Assembly (NCBI GenBank): GCA_944380545.1
Contig: CALWHV010000013.1
Coordinates: forward strand, 18,350 to 82,349
Direction of reading: 5' to 3'
DNA length: 64,000 nucleotides
Origin: an uncultured Eubacterium sp.
GTDB lineage: Bacteria; Bacillota; Clostridia; Oscillospirales; Acutalibacteraceae
Below, piece after piece: positions 20,540 through 29,400 of the stretch. The notes below the pieces were generated by a model. It ran no database searches, was not told where the DNA came from, and was given only the letters and a program-made list of their open reading frames with translations. A program made the translations under genes and the position numbers. Within the stretch, counting starts at the first letter, position 1. Every line of letters starts with the position of its first letter.

Positions 20540-21058
20540 TTATTTTGCCTGCTTGAGCGACAGGAACATAAGTATCTGCCTGCCCTCAAGCTTTGGAGCT
20601 TTATCAACGCTGACATCCTCTCCGAGGGCCTGTGCGAACCGCTGCATATTGGCAACGCCGAGATCGGAATGTGCCATCTCTCTGCCGCGAAGGCGCAGCG
20701 AGACCTTGAGCTTATCGCCCTTTTCAAGGAATTTTCTTGCCTGGTTCACCTTTGTGTTGAAATCGCCGATATCAATATTGAGGGAAAGGCGGATCTCCTT
20801 GGTGTCCACGGTTTTCTGCTTTTTGCGGTTTTCCTTTTCCCGCTTGGACTGCTCATAGCGGAACTTGCTGTAATCCATAATCTTGCAGACGGGCGGCTTT
20901 GCCTGAGGGGCGATCTTAACAAGATCCTGCCCTCTGAGCTCCGCCTCGTGAAGCGCCTCTTTGGCGCTCATAATGCCGAGCTGTTCGCCGTCTGCGGTGA
21001 TGACGCGCAGTTCCTTATCTCTGATTTCGGAGTTGAGCTGGGGGATATCTCTGCTGAT
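20540..21058 (-). CDS. infC: Translation initiation factor IF-3, probable non-canonical ATC start
   Basis: N..IR..E.RVI, DLV...P.A.PPVCKIMDY.KF.Y; RBS GAGGTG 6 nt before ATC AGC AGA GAT; no in-frame ATG at the expected start. Confidence 0.93.
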   Translation of the reverse strand: MSRDIPQLNSEIRDKELRVITADGEQLGIMSAKEALHEAELRGQDLVKIAPQAKPPVCKIMDYSKFRYEQSKREKENRKKQKTVDTKEIRLSLNIDIGDFNTKVNQARKFLEKGDKLKVSLRLRGREMAHSDLGVANMQRFAQALGEDVSVDKAPKLEGRQILMFLSLKQAK

Positions 21059-21084
21059 AAATAACACCTCTTTAGAATAATTAA

Positions 21085-21204
21085 CAGAAACATAAAAGCG
21101 CGAACAGACAGACAGTTCGCGCTTCAATACACCGAAAAAAGGAATTGTATTGCCCTTTTTGCCTGCGCTGAAGGGGAGAACGAAAGCCTGTTCTTCTTTG
21201 TTGT
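21085..21204 (-). ncRNA. Probable L20 (infC) leader RNA
   Basis: Lies between promoter and infC; AGAAG..GC..TTCTC 5' element and perfect 10-bp hairpin AAGCGCGAAC/GTTCGCGCTT (21096-21124) followed by U-rich run, as in Firmicute L20 leaders. Confidence 0.65.
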
Positions 21205-21210
21205 GAAGAT

Positions 21211-21239
21211 ATATTAACACAGCCGAGGGGCTTTGTCAA
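21211..21239 (-). promoter_or_regulatory. Sigma-A promoter of infC operon
   Basis: TTGACA-17 bp-TAATAT. Confidence 0.8.
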
Positions 21240-21247
21240 TACAAAAA

Positions 21248-21724
21248 TTATTTTTTGCTGTAAACGCAAAAGGAGTAGGAGATACCGTTCTCGCTGCCCT
21301 GCCCCGCCGTTTCCTTATCGTAAAGCGAGCGATCAAACTGCGGGAAGAACGCGTCGGCGTCGCCGCAAAAATCATCTATCTCCGTCAAATAAAGCTTTGA
21401 AGCGAGCGGCAGAAAGAGCCTGTATATGCTCTCGCCGCCGATGATGAAAACCTCCTCGCCCTGCGCGGCGTTAAGCGCCTGCTGTGCCGAGGTGAATACC
21501 TCCGCGCCCTGAGCAGAATATGCCGCGTTTGACGAAAGGACGATATTTCTTCTGTTCGGCAGCGCGTGAGGCAGTGATTCAAAGGTTTTTCTGCCCATAA
21601 TAACGGTGCCGCCAGTGGTGGTGCGCCTGAAATAGCGCATATCCTCGTGAATATGCCAGATAAGGGAATTGCCCCTGCCTATCTCAAGGCCGCGACCGAC
21701 GGCGGCAATCATTGAAATCGCCAT
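21248..21724 (-). CDS. folA: Dihydrofolate reductase
   Basis: IG..N.L.W....D..YF...T.G..VIMGRKT.ES, LP.R.NIV, IIGG..IY. Confidence 0.96.
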   Translation of the reverse strand: MAISMIAAVGRGLEIGRGNSLIWHIHEDMRYFRRTTTGGTVIMGRKTFESLPHALPNRRNIVLSSNAAYSAQGAEVFTSAQQALNAAQGEEVFIIGGESIYRLFLPLASKLYLTEIDDFCGDADAFFPQFDRSLYDKETAGQGSENGISYSFCVYSKK

Positions 21725-21735
21725 AGATTCTCCTT

Positions 21736-22638
21736 TTACTGAGCTATGGGAAAGGATATCTTTCCCATATGCCTGTAATCGATAAGCTTTACATCCTTTA
21801 AGTCGCGGCTGTTGTCAAACTCAAAGAAATCCTTTACATCGGGATTGAGCCAGAGCTTAGGCGCGGGAAGATCGCCGTTTTCCTCAAGCCGGCGAAGCTG
21901 CTCCTTTATGCCGTCCACCTGATTTACATAGATATGCGCATCCTTGATGCTCCAGTCTATCGTGCCGGGCTTAAGCCCCGAAACATGGGCGAGCATCGAG
22001 AGCAAAGCCGCATACTGCGTTACATTGAACGGCAGCCCGAGAGGCACATCGCACGAGCGCTGGTGTACCCAGCAGTTGAGCTTTCCGTCCGTTACATCCC
22101 ACTCGCTGCTCCAAACGCAGCTGGGCAGCACGGCGGTATCAAGATAATCGTTCTGCCAAAGGGTCATAACCATACGCCTGTCCTCCGGGTGGTTCTGAAT
22201 CTTATCAAGCAGAGTCTGAGTCATTTTGAATTTATTGACGATATAGCCGTAAGCCGTTCCGATCGTGTGCGCAAATTCCTTGCCGAAGAACTTATGCACC
22301 TGCTGTTTAACGAGCTTTCCGTTTTCATCCGGCAAAAGCTGCTCGGCGTTCCAATAGCCGTTTTCGTCTATCTCCCACTCGTTCCAGATATTCACATCGC
22401 GCTGCCGAAGCCAGCGCACATCGTTTGACTGCGCCTGATATATCCACAGCATCTCAAGCACCGCCTGGCGGATAAAGAGCTGCTTTGTGGTGAGTATTGG
22501 AAATTCGCTTGAAAGATCAAAGTGAAAGTGATGCGACGGAACCTTGATGGAATTGACGCCGGTCCTGTTTACGACCTCGGTGCCCTCATCAAGTATTTTT
22601 TTGCAGAGGGATAGATAATCCCTGTCCCACTTAGACAT
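21736..22638 (-). CDS. thyA: Thymidylate synthase
   Basis: FPILTTK, LPSC (catalytic Cys), QRSCD.PLG.PFN, DAHIY.N. Confidence 0.96.
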   Translation of the reverse strand: MSKWDRDYLSLCKKILDEGTEVVNRTGVNSIKVPSHHFHFDLSSEFPILTTKQLFIRQAVLEMLWIYQAQSNDVRWLRQRDVNIWNEWEIDENGYWNAEQLLPDENGKLVKQQVHKFFGKEFAHTIGTAYGYIVNKFKMTQTLLDKIQNHPEDRRMVMTLWQNDYLDTAVLPSCVWSSEWDVTDGKLNCWVHQRSCDVPLGLPFNVTQYAALLSMLAHVSGLKPGTIDWSIKDAHIYVNQVDGIKEQLRRLEENGDLPAPKLWLNPDVKDFFEFDNSRDLKDVKLIDYRHMGKISFPIAQ

Positions 22639-22659
22639 AAACGCGCCCTCCTGATAAGA

Positions 22660-23694
22660 TCATTTCCAAGGATGCTGCTGCTTGAGGCGTTCAAACTCCG
22701 CGCCGGTCTCGGCAAAATGGAAATCGCCGTTCAAATCGGAGAAGAAGAACACATAATCCGTGTCCGGATGATTGATAACGGCGTTGATTACCTCCATACC
22801 TGAATTTGTGATGGGGCCGCTCGGCAGCGCCGGACAGCGGTAGGTATAATAGCTGTCGTAGGTCTCGCGCGGGAAGCCGTGGTCAAGAAGCTGCTTTGCA
22901 TAAAAATAAGTTACATCGCACTGAAGCTTTGTGCCGCTTTCAAGCCTGTTTACAAGCACGGAGGCGATGTTTTGAGCGCTGCTGGGCGTCAGCGCCTCCT
23001 CCTGCACGACCGAGGCGAGCGTTATGAATTCATAAAGAGTCATATCGTTAGCGGCGCAGTAATCGAGCATATCCTGCGAAAGGCGCTCATCAAAGGCGGC
23101 AAGCATCATATCCACGACCTCTTCCGCGGGGGTGTTCATACCTATATCATAGGTTGCGGGGAAAAGGAAGCCCTCAAGTATGAAGCCGATATTTTCCCTG
23201 TTTTGCGGAAAATCGGCAAGCCATTCATAATCATAGCCGTCCGTTTTGGAAACGGCGGCGTAAAAATCCTCCGCCGTGCAGATATTGTTTTCCTCCAGCG
23301 TTTCTGCTATGTCGAAAACATTGTATCCCTCCGGCACGGCTATCTTTACTATCTGATGGCTGATGTCCGGATTTTGAAGCTTTTGGGCTATCTCCTCATA
23401 GCTCATATTTGAATTGAGATAATATTCGCCGTTGAGATATGTGAAATCGGGATAATGCTTATCCATCCACATAGTCCATACGGAGTCATCTATCACGATG
23501 CCGTTGTTGCTGAGCTTTTTGGCGACCTCGTATTCAAAATCCTGCGGCTCGATAACGAGCGTATATTCCTTTGCCTCGCCGCCGGAGGTACCGTTTATAT
23601 CCCCCGATATGCGGGAATAGACGAACGCGCCGGCCGCTATAACGGCGACAAGGACTATTGAAGCTATGATGAGCTTAACTGCTTTTTTATTCAT
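22660..23694 (-). CDS. mltG: Endolytic transglycosylase MltG
   Basis: N-terminal TM, V.VPEG, LEGFLFPATY, ASVVQEE, NRL...LQCD, LP.GPI.N.G. Confidence 0.9.
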   Translation of the reverse strand: MNKKAVKLIIASIVLVAVIAAGAFVYSRISGDINGTSGGEAKEYTLVIEPQDFEYEVAKKLSNNGIVIDDSVWTMWMDKHYPDFTYLNGEYYLNSNMSYEEIAQKLQNPDISHQIVKIAVPEGYNVFDIAETLEENNICTAEDFYAAVSKTDGYDYEWLADFPQNRENIGFILEGFLFPATYDIGMNTPAEEVVDMMLAAFDERLSQDMLDYCAANDMTLYEFITLASVVQEEALTPSSAQNIASVLVNRLESGTKLQCDVTYFYAKQLLDHGFPRETYDSYYTYRCPALPSGPITNSGMEVINAVINHPDTDYVFFFSDLNGDFHFAETGAEFERLKQQHPWK

Positions 23695-23704
23695 ATTATG
23701 CCTT

Positions 23705-25141
23705 TCAATCCACCTTATCCACCTTGAGCATATTGGTGGTGCCGCTCTGGCCGAGCGGTATTCCGGCGGTTATTACGACTATATCGTCCTTTTTGATATA
23801 GCCCGTTTTTTTTGCTACCTCAACGGCGTGCTCAAACAGCTCGTCCGTGTTTGACTTTTCGTGGCACATAACGGGCAGAACGCCCCAGGAGAGGTTGTTT
23901 TGGCGGCGCACCTTTTCGCTTGTTGTGGCTGAGATTATAAGGCAGTTCGGCCTGTATTTCGATATCTGCCTTGCCGTGTTGCCGCTTTTTGTAACGGTGA
24001 TGATGGCGGCTGCGCTGAGATCGTGCGCCGTGGTGACGGTGGCGTGCGAAATGGCGGAGGTGATATCGCCGGAAAGGTGCTTTTGCGCCTCTTTTTCAAA
24101 CCTTTCGATATAGTTTATATCCTGCTCCGTTGTGCGGGCGATGAGCGACATCGTTTTGACCGCTTCAACGGGGTGCGCGCCCATAGCCGTCTCGCCGGAG
24201 AGCATAAGCGCGGAGGTGCCGTCGTAAACGGCGTTTGCAACATCGGTTATCTCGGCTCTGGTGGGGCGCGGGTTCTTTATCATAGATTCAAGCATCTGGG
24301 TGGCGGTAACCACGATCTTTCCCGCTGCAAAGACTTTTTCTATTATCATTTTTTGCAGGGCGGGTATCTTTTCAAACGGTATCTCAACGCCCATATCGCC
24401 GCGGGCGACCATAATGCCGTCCGCCTCGCGGATGATATCGTCTATATTCTCTACGCCCTCGCTGTTTTCTATCTTGGCGATGATGCGAACATCGTTCCAG
24501 CCGAGCGCGTGGCAGAAATTCCTGAGATACGCTATATCGGCGCCGGTGCGGCAGAAAGAAGCCGCGATAAAATCAAAGCCGAGCTGCGCGCCGAAATTGA
24601 GATCCTGCATATCCTTATCAGAAAGATAAGGGAGCGAGAGCGAAACATTCGGCACATTGACGCCCTTATGGTCGGTAAGCACGCCGCCGTCTATAACGGT
24701 GCAGACGATATCGTCGCCCCTGACCTCCTCAACCTCAAGGGCGATAAGGCCGTCGTCGATCAGAATCGTGGTGCCCTTTTTGACCTCGCGGGGCAGACCC
24801 TTGAACGAGATGCTGCATTTCTCCGCCGTGCCGGGCACATCCTGAGCCGTAAGCGTAAAGCGCTGACCTCTTCTGAGCACGACGCCGCCCTCGTTTTCAA
24901 AGGCGCCGGTGCGAATTTCTGGGCCTTTGGTGTCAAGCAGCGTGGCAACGGGGATGCCGAGCTTTTCGCGCACCTCGGTTATGTTTGAGAACCATTTTTC
25001 AAACGCGTCGTAATCGCCGTGAGAAAAATTGAACCTTGCAACATCCATACCGGCAATCATAAGCTTTTCCAGCATATCCTTATCGCACGAGGCGGGGCCG
25101 ATCGTGCATATTATTTTTGTTTTTCTTCTGTATCCGCTCAT
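23705..25141 (-). CDS. pyk: Pyruvate kinase
   Basis: RKTKIICTIGPAS, RFNFSHG, DTKGPEIR, AKIE, MVARGDMG, TQMLESM. Confidence 0.98.
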   Translation of the reverse strand: MSGYRRKTKIICTIGPASCDKDMLEKLMIAGMDVARFNFSHGDYDAFEKWFSNITEVREKLGIPVATLLDTKGPEIRTGAFENEGGVVLRRGQRFTLTAQDVPGTAEKCSISFKGLPREVKKGTTILIDDGLIALEVEEVRGDDIVCTVIDGGVLTDHKGVNVPNVSLSLPYLSDKDMQDLNFGAQLGFDFIAASFCRTGADIAYLRNFCHALGWNDVRIIAKIENSEGVENIDDIIREADGIMVARGDMGVEIPFEKIPALQKMIIEKVFAAGKIVVTATQMLESMIKNPRPTRAEITDVANAVYDGTSALMLSGETAMGAHPVEAVKTMSLIARTTEQDINYIERFEKEAQKHLSGDITSAISHATVTTAHDLSAAAIITVTKSGNTARQISKYRPNCLIISATTSEKVRRQNNLSWGVLPVMCHEKSNTDELFEHAVEVAKKTGYIKKDDIVVITAGIPLGQSGTTNMLKVDKVD

Positions 25142-25267
25142 AAATCCTATCCTCTTTCAGCCGCAATTATTGTTAAGAGATTACATCTATTATATCAATA
25201 AATCCGATAAAATCAATAACCGAACGGCAAAAATATAAAATAAAAAGACCCGCCGCAAAAAAGCGCA

Positions 25268-25298
25268 AAAAAGCAGGGAGCATTTTGCTCCCTGCCTC
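25268..25298 (-). terminator. Intrinsic terminator closing the five-gene SCP2/transketolase operon
   Basis: GCAGGGAGC-AAAAT-GCTCCCTGC followed by TTTTTT on minus strand. Confidence 0.8.
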
Positions 25299-25307
25299 AA
25301 GCCGAAA

Positions 25308-26102
25308 TCATCTTGCAAGATCGCCGACCGTCATCATATAATCGCCTATCATAGCGCCGAATTCGGGCGCGCCCTCCATAATAAGCTGCTTATCCTTTAC
25401 CATCTGAAGCATATCGCCTGTGCCGAGCAGGATCATAAGCGCGTGCTGCGGCGTGTCAAACTTCATACAGAAGAACGGCTTTGAGCGCTTGTATTCGCCC
25501 CTGCCGGCGCGGGACTTGCCCGCCTTGATGCGCAGATACGCCGTACATTCCGGATGGTTCTCAACAGCCCACTGATAAACGCGGTCCGGACTCTTCATAG
25601 TCCACTCGTGGATCTCGGGGTGACCCATTTTGTTGAGTTGGCTGATGCCGCTTGAAAGCAGATAGAAGTACAGCTTGCACAAAAGCAGCGCAAGCGCCTC
25701 GTCCTCAGGCGGCTCTTTGATGCCGAGCAGGCTGCTCATCTTGAGCAGCACCATCATAAATTTGACGAATTTTGAAAATGATTTTATCTTCATCTTCGGC
25801 AGCTTGCTCATATCGCCCTTCATAAACGCGTTCATCTTTTCCATTGAGGAGAACTGAAGCTCCGCGTCTATCTTCTGCTGCCCGAAATATTCGCCGAGCT
25901 TGCAGGACCATTCGCCGTTTTCAACAATGAAATGCACCGCTTCCTTATCCTGCGCGTTCACCATGGCGGACACCTGATAAACGGCGTCCACCCCCTTGAA
26001 CTTCGCGGCGAGCTCGGGCACATCGGTGGCGATGGTCTTCATCAGCGGCAGTGCGGCCGCCATAAACACCTTATTGGTAAAGCGGGTTACATCGCTTGCC
26101 AT
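25308..26102 (-). CDS. Hypothetical protein with two predicted SCP2-like (sterol/lipid carrier) domains
   Basis: Twice-repeated pattern of beta strands, G-x-x-x-D/P-x-x-x-F, helix, then L.MEG (e.g. AYLRIKAG..RAGRG..KPFF.MKF; QLIMEGAPEF); start 26102 (alternative 26111); fold call is by eye. Confidence 0.5.
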   Translation of the reverse strand: MASDVTRFTNKVFMAAALPLMKTIATDVPELAAKFKGVDAVYQVSAMVNAQDKEAVHFIVENGEWSCKLGEYFGQQKIDAELQFSSMEKMNAFMKGDMSKLPKMKIKSFSKFVKFMMVLLKMSSLLGIKEPPEDEALALLLCKLYFYLLSSGISQLNKMGHPEIHEWTMKSPDRVYQWAVENHPECTAYLRIKAGKSRAGRGEYKRSKPFFCMKFDTPQHALMILLGTGDMLQMVKDKQLIMEGAPEFGAMIGDYMMTVGDLAR

Positions 26103-26153
26103 AACATACATTCCTTTCCGGTTAAGATTGTAAGCAGAGAAACGCGCTCAACA

Positions 26154-27167
26154 TTAAAATTCGTCGTCCCACGCGTCGTCCGCCTCGAAATCCTGGTGCA
26201 TTACTTCGGCGATGGCCTCTGCAATGCCGTTTGAATCTATCTTGGCAAGGGACATAAGATCTTCCTGGAGCCCGATGGTGGAGAAATCATCCTGGTGGCC
26301 GAGCATCTTGAGCGCGCACGCCTTGCCGCTTTTTGCAACGACCTCTGCAACGGCGGAGCCGAGACCGCCCATAACGGTATGATCCTCGGCGGTGATGATC
26401 CTTCTTGTATCCATAACTGCGGACATAATCGCCTCTTCATCAATGGGCTTTATGGTGTGCATATTGATAACGCGCACCTTGACGCCGGCGTCCGCATTTG
26501 CCATCTGGGCAGCCTGCATCGCCTGATATACGCATGAGCCGCAGGCGATAACGGTGATATCGGTGCCCTCGTTCATAACCTTTGCCTTGCCGACCTCAAA
26601 ATCGCAGTCCTCAAGATTTTTGTAAATGATCTGGTCGAACCCGCGGTTGATCCTGATATATACGGGGCCGGGATATTCATACGCCTTTTTGACCGCGTGA
26701 TAGGTCTCAACGCCGTCGCACGGGCAGATGACCGTCATATGCGGCAGGCTTCTCATACAGGTCATATCAATAAGAGAGTGGTGGGTGGAGCCCGCCTGAC
26801 CGAACGAGGTGCCGGCGTGTGTGGCGATGATCTTTACGGGCACATTCTGATAGCAGATATCGGTATGTATCTGATCAAGAGAACGCGCGGCTGTAAAGAT
26901 GGCGAAGGTGGAGGCGAACGGGATAAGCCCGTTCTTTGCCATACCTGCCGCAACACCGAACATATTCTGCTCCGCGATGCCTACATTAAAGAATCTGTCC
27001 GGAAACTTTTCACCGAACATACCTATCTTGGTGGATTTGGCAAGGTCCGCCGTAAGGGCAACAACATCCTTATGCTCCTCGCCGAGCTCGCACAGCGCTC
27101 TGCCGTAATATTCGGCGGTGGAGAGCTGAGTGGTTTCCGTCATAGTATAAGTCATTCCGCTTGCCAT
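26154..27167 (-). CDS. Transketolase-family protein, C-terminal (pyrimidine-binding + C) subunit
   Basis: TADLAKST, NVGIAEQN, THAG..G.AGSTH, PGPVYIR, TAEDH...GGLGSAV. Confidence 0.93.
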   Translation of the reverse strand: MASGMTYTMTETTQLSTAEYYGRALCELGEEHKDVVALTADLAKSTKIGMFGEKFPDRFFNVGIAEQNMFGVAAGMAKNGLIPFASTFAIFTAARSLDQIHTDICYQNVPVKIIATHAGTSFGQAGSTHHSLIDMTCMRSLPHMTVICPCDGVETYHAVKKAYEYPGPVYIRINRGFDQIIYKNLEDCDFEVGKAKVMNEGTDITVIACGSCVYQAMQAAQMANADAGVKVRVINMHTIKPIDEEAIMSAVMDTRRIITAEDHTVMGGLGSAVAEVVAKSGKACALKMLGHQDDFSTIGLQEDLMSLAKIDSNGIAEAIAEVMHQDFEADDAWDDEF

Positions 27168-27170
27168 AGC

Positions 27171-28064
27171 TTATGCCTCCTTCTGAGCGCGCTCTACGCG
27201 AGCTGCGTAATACCTGTCAAGACTGTCGTAGCACTTCTTGGTCTTTTCATCGTCAAGAGCGCCGTAGTGCCAATGATAATCGTCCTCCATAAAGTCGATG
27301 CCGGCGCCCTTCTTGGTGTCCATAATAATGCAATAGGGCTTGTCGCCGCCGTTTTTATGGTTGTTGATGGCGTTTTCGATGGCGTCGTTGAGCTCCTTAA
27401 GATTCTGGCCGTCAACGCGCTGGGTGATGAAGCCGAACGCGTCAAACTTTTTGTCGAGCGGCTCGACCTTCATCTCGTCGTCCACCCTGCCGTCTATCAT
27501 ACACTTGTTGTTGTCAACAAGCACAACGACATTTGAGAGCTTGAACTGAGCCGCGGTCATAGCCGCCTCCCAGTTTGAGCCTTCGTTGAGCTCGCCGTCG
27601 CCGGTGAGAACATAGTTCATATAGTCTACGCCCTTAACTCTGCCGGCGAGCGCAAAGCCGCAGGCGAGCGAAAGGCCGTGGCCGAGCGAGCCGCTGGAGC
27701 AGTCAACGCCCTTTATCTTGTTGCAGTCAAGGTGCATACCGAACAGAGAGCCCGTGAGATTGAAATTGTGAAGGCCCTCAACATCCATAAAGCCGTAGTC
27801 GCAGATGACGGGGCCGTAGCCGACCGCAGCGTGTCCCTTTGAGAGGACGAATCTGTCTCTGTCCTCCATATCGGGGTTGTTGACATCGAGCTTCATAAAG
27901 CGGTGGTAAAGGATGGTCATTGCATCCATAGCGCTCATAGCGCCGCCGATATGACCCGAACCGCCCCATACCGTGGTCTGCACGGTGAGGCGTCTGAGCT
28001 CATCCGCCTTTTTTTCAAGGCGCAGCCACTCCTCTTTGTCAAACGGCTTGTAATTTGCTGGCAT
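27171..28064 (-). CDS. Transketolase-family protein, N-terminal ThDP-binding subunit
   Basis: SGHIGG, DRFVLSKGH, GSLGHG, GDGELNEG..WEA...DNN ThDP motif. Confidence 0.93.
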   Translation of the reverse strand: MPANYKPFDKEEWLRLEKKADELRRLTVQTTVWGGSGHIGGAMSAMDAMTILYHRFMKLDVNNPDMEDRDRFVLSKGHAAVGYGPVICDYGFMDVEGLHNFNLTGSLFGMHLDCNKIKGVDCSSGSLGHGLSLACGFALAGRVKGVDYMNYVLTGDGELNEGSNWEAAMTAAQFKLSNVVVLVDNNKCMIDGRVDDEMKVEPLDKKFDAFGFITQRVDGQNLKELNDAIENAINNHKNGGDKPYCIIMDTKKGAGIDFMEDDYHWHYGALDDEKTKKCYDSLDRYYAARVERAQKEA

Positions 28065-28105
28065 AAATTTTCCTCCTTAAATAAATAATGCAAATATGAT
28101 TGCGA

Positions 28106-29380
28106 TTATTTTAATCCCTCTATTTCCGGATGCCTTTTGGCAACAACGCCGAAGGCGTCCTCCGCGATATCAACGGCAAGCTTGATATCGTCCTGCGTTA
28201 CGGCGGCGTTTATGAAGTGGTTGTGGTGCGAAGCGAGGAACAGACCTCTTGAAACACATTCCGCAATCCATTCCTGATGGAGCATCAAGCTGTCGTCGTT
28301 TGCTATTCTGAGATAGAACAGCGCCGGCTCGCCGGACACGACAAGGTTAAAGCCGTGCTCCTCCGCCGCCTTTGAAAGACCCTGGGTAAGCTCTGTGCCG
28401 AGCTTTCTGAACATATTGGGAACATCAAGCTTTTTCATCTTTTCTATGCACACAAGGCACGCGGCGAACGGCTCGGCGCTCATCCAGTAGGAGCCTGTGT
28501 AGGTTACAGAGGAGGCGGTTGCCTTCATATGCTCGCCGCCGCAGCAGGCGGACATATTGTAGCCGTTGGCAAGCGCCTTACAGAAGCAGATGAGATCCGC
28601 CTTGATGCCGTAATAATGGTCCGAACCGGCAAGGTCGAGCCTGAAGCCGGTGCGCACATCGTCAAATATCAGCACGATGCCGTGCTCGTCGCAGAATTTG
28701 CGAACAGCCTGCCAGTAATCCCTTGTGGCGCACTCGTTATCCTTGAAATTGCCGTGGTCGTAGGGCTGGGCGATAAGGCCCGCCACATCGCCGCCGCACT
28801 CGTCGTACGCCTGCTTGAGGGCGTCTATATCAAACCAGGGGATAACGATATTGTTTTCTACCTCCTCGGGCAGTATGCCGGGGTAGTCTATCTTCTGTGC
28901 CCACTGGAAATCTCCGTGATAATAGCCCTTGAGGAATATCATCTTTTTCTTTCCGGTATGCGCTCTGGCGCACATAACGGAAAAGGTGGTGGCGTCCGAG
29001 CCGTTCTTCATAAAGAACGCCCAGTCCGCGCAGGCAACGGTGTCCTTAAGAAGCTCGGCGCACTCCACCATTTTATATGACGGAGAGGTGGTGCAGTTGC
29101 CGCGCCTGAGCTGCTCGATAGCGGCGGCGTCAACATCATCATCGCAGTAGCCGAGCACATTGGGGCCGTAGGCGCACATAAAATCAAGATACTTATTGCC
29201 GTCCACATCCCAGAAATATGTGCCCTTTGCGTGGTCGCTGAGCAGGGGCCATTTTGTTATGGGAAGAAACAGACCCTCGCTGGGACCGAGGTGGCCGTAA
29301 ACGCCTGACGGGATAGCGGCAAGCGCCCTTTTGAACCACGCGGCGCTTTTTTCGTGCGTGTATTCGGGAAATTTACTCAT
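28106..29380 (-). CDS. Class III PLP aminotransferase (GSA aminomutase-like fold)
   Basis: WDVDGNKYLDF...YGP, KNGSDAT, YHG, LIFDDVRTGFR, CFCKALANG (PLP Lys). Confidence 0.92.
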   Translation of the reverse strand: MSKFPEYTHEKSAAWFKRALAAIPSGVYGHLGPSEGLFLPITKWPLLSDHAKGTYFWDVDGNKYLDFMCAYGPNVLGYCDDDVDAAAIEQLRRGNCTTSPSYKMVECAELLKDTVACADWAFFMKNGSDATTFSVMCARAHTGKKKMIFLKGYYHGDFQWAQKIDYPGILPEEVENNIVIPWFDIDALKQAYDECGGDVAGLIAQPYDHGNFKDNECATRDYWQAVRKFCDEHGIVLIFDDVRTGFRLDLAGSDHYYGIKADLICFCKALANGYNMSACCGGEHMKATASSVTYTGSYWMSAEPFAACLVCIEKMKKLDVPNMFRKLGTELTQGLSKAAEEHGFNLVVSGEPALFYLRIANDDSLMLHQEWIAECVSRGLFLASHHNHFINAAVTQDDIKLAVDIAEDAFGVVAKRHPEIEGLK

Positions 29381-29400
29381 ATCTTTATGTATCCTCCTTA

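Noticed and set aside
22660-23694. Apparent loss of the MltG catalytic Glu (SVVQEE vs SIIEKE)
   Set aside because: The catalytic residue is the second Glu of the motif (E. coli E218), which is retained.
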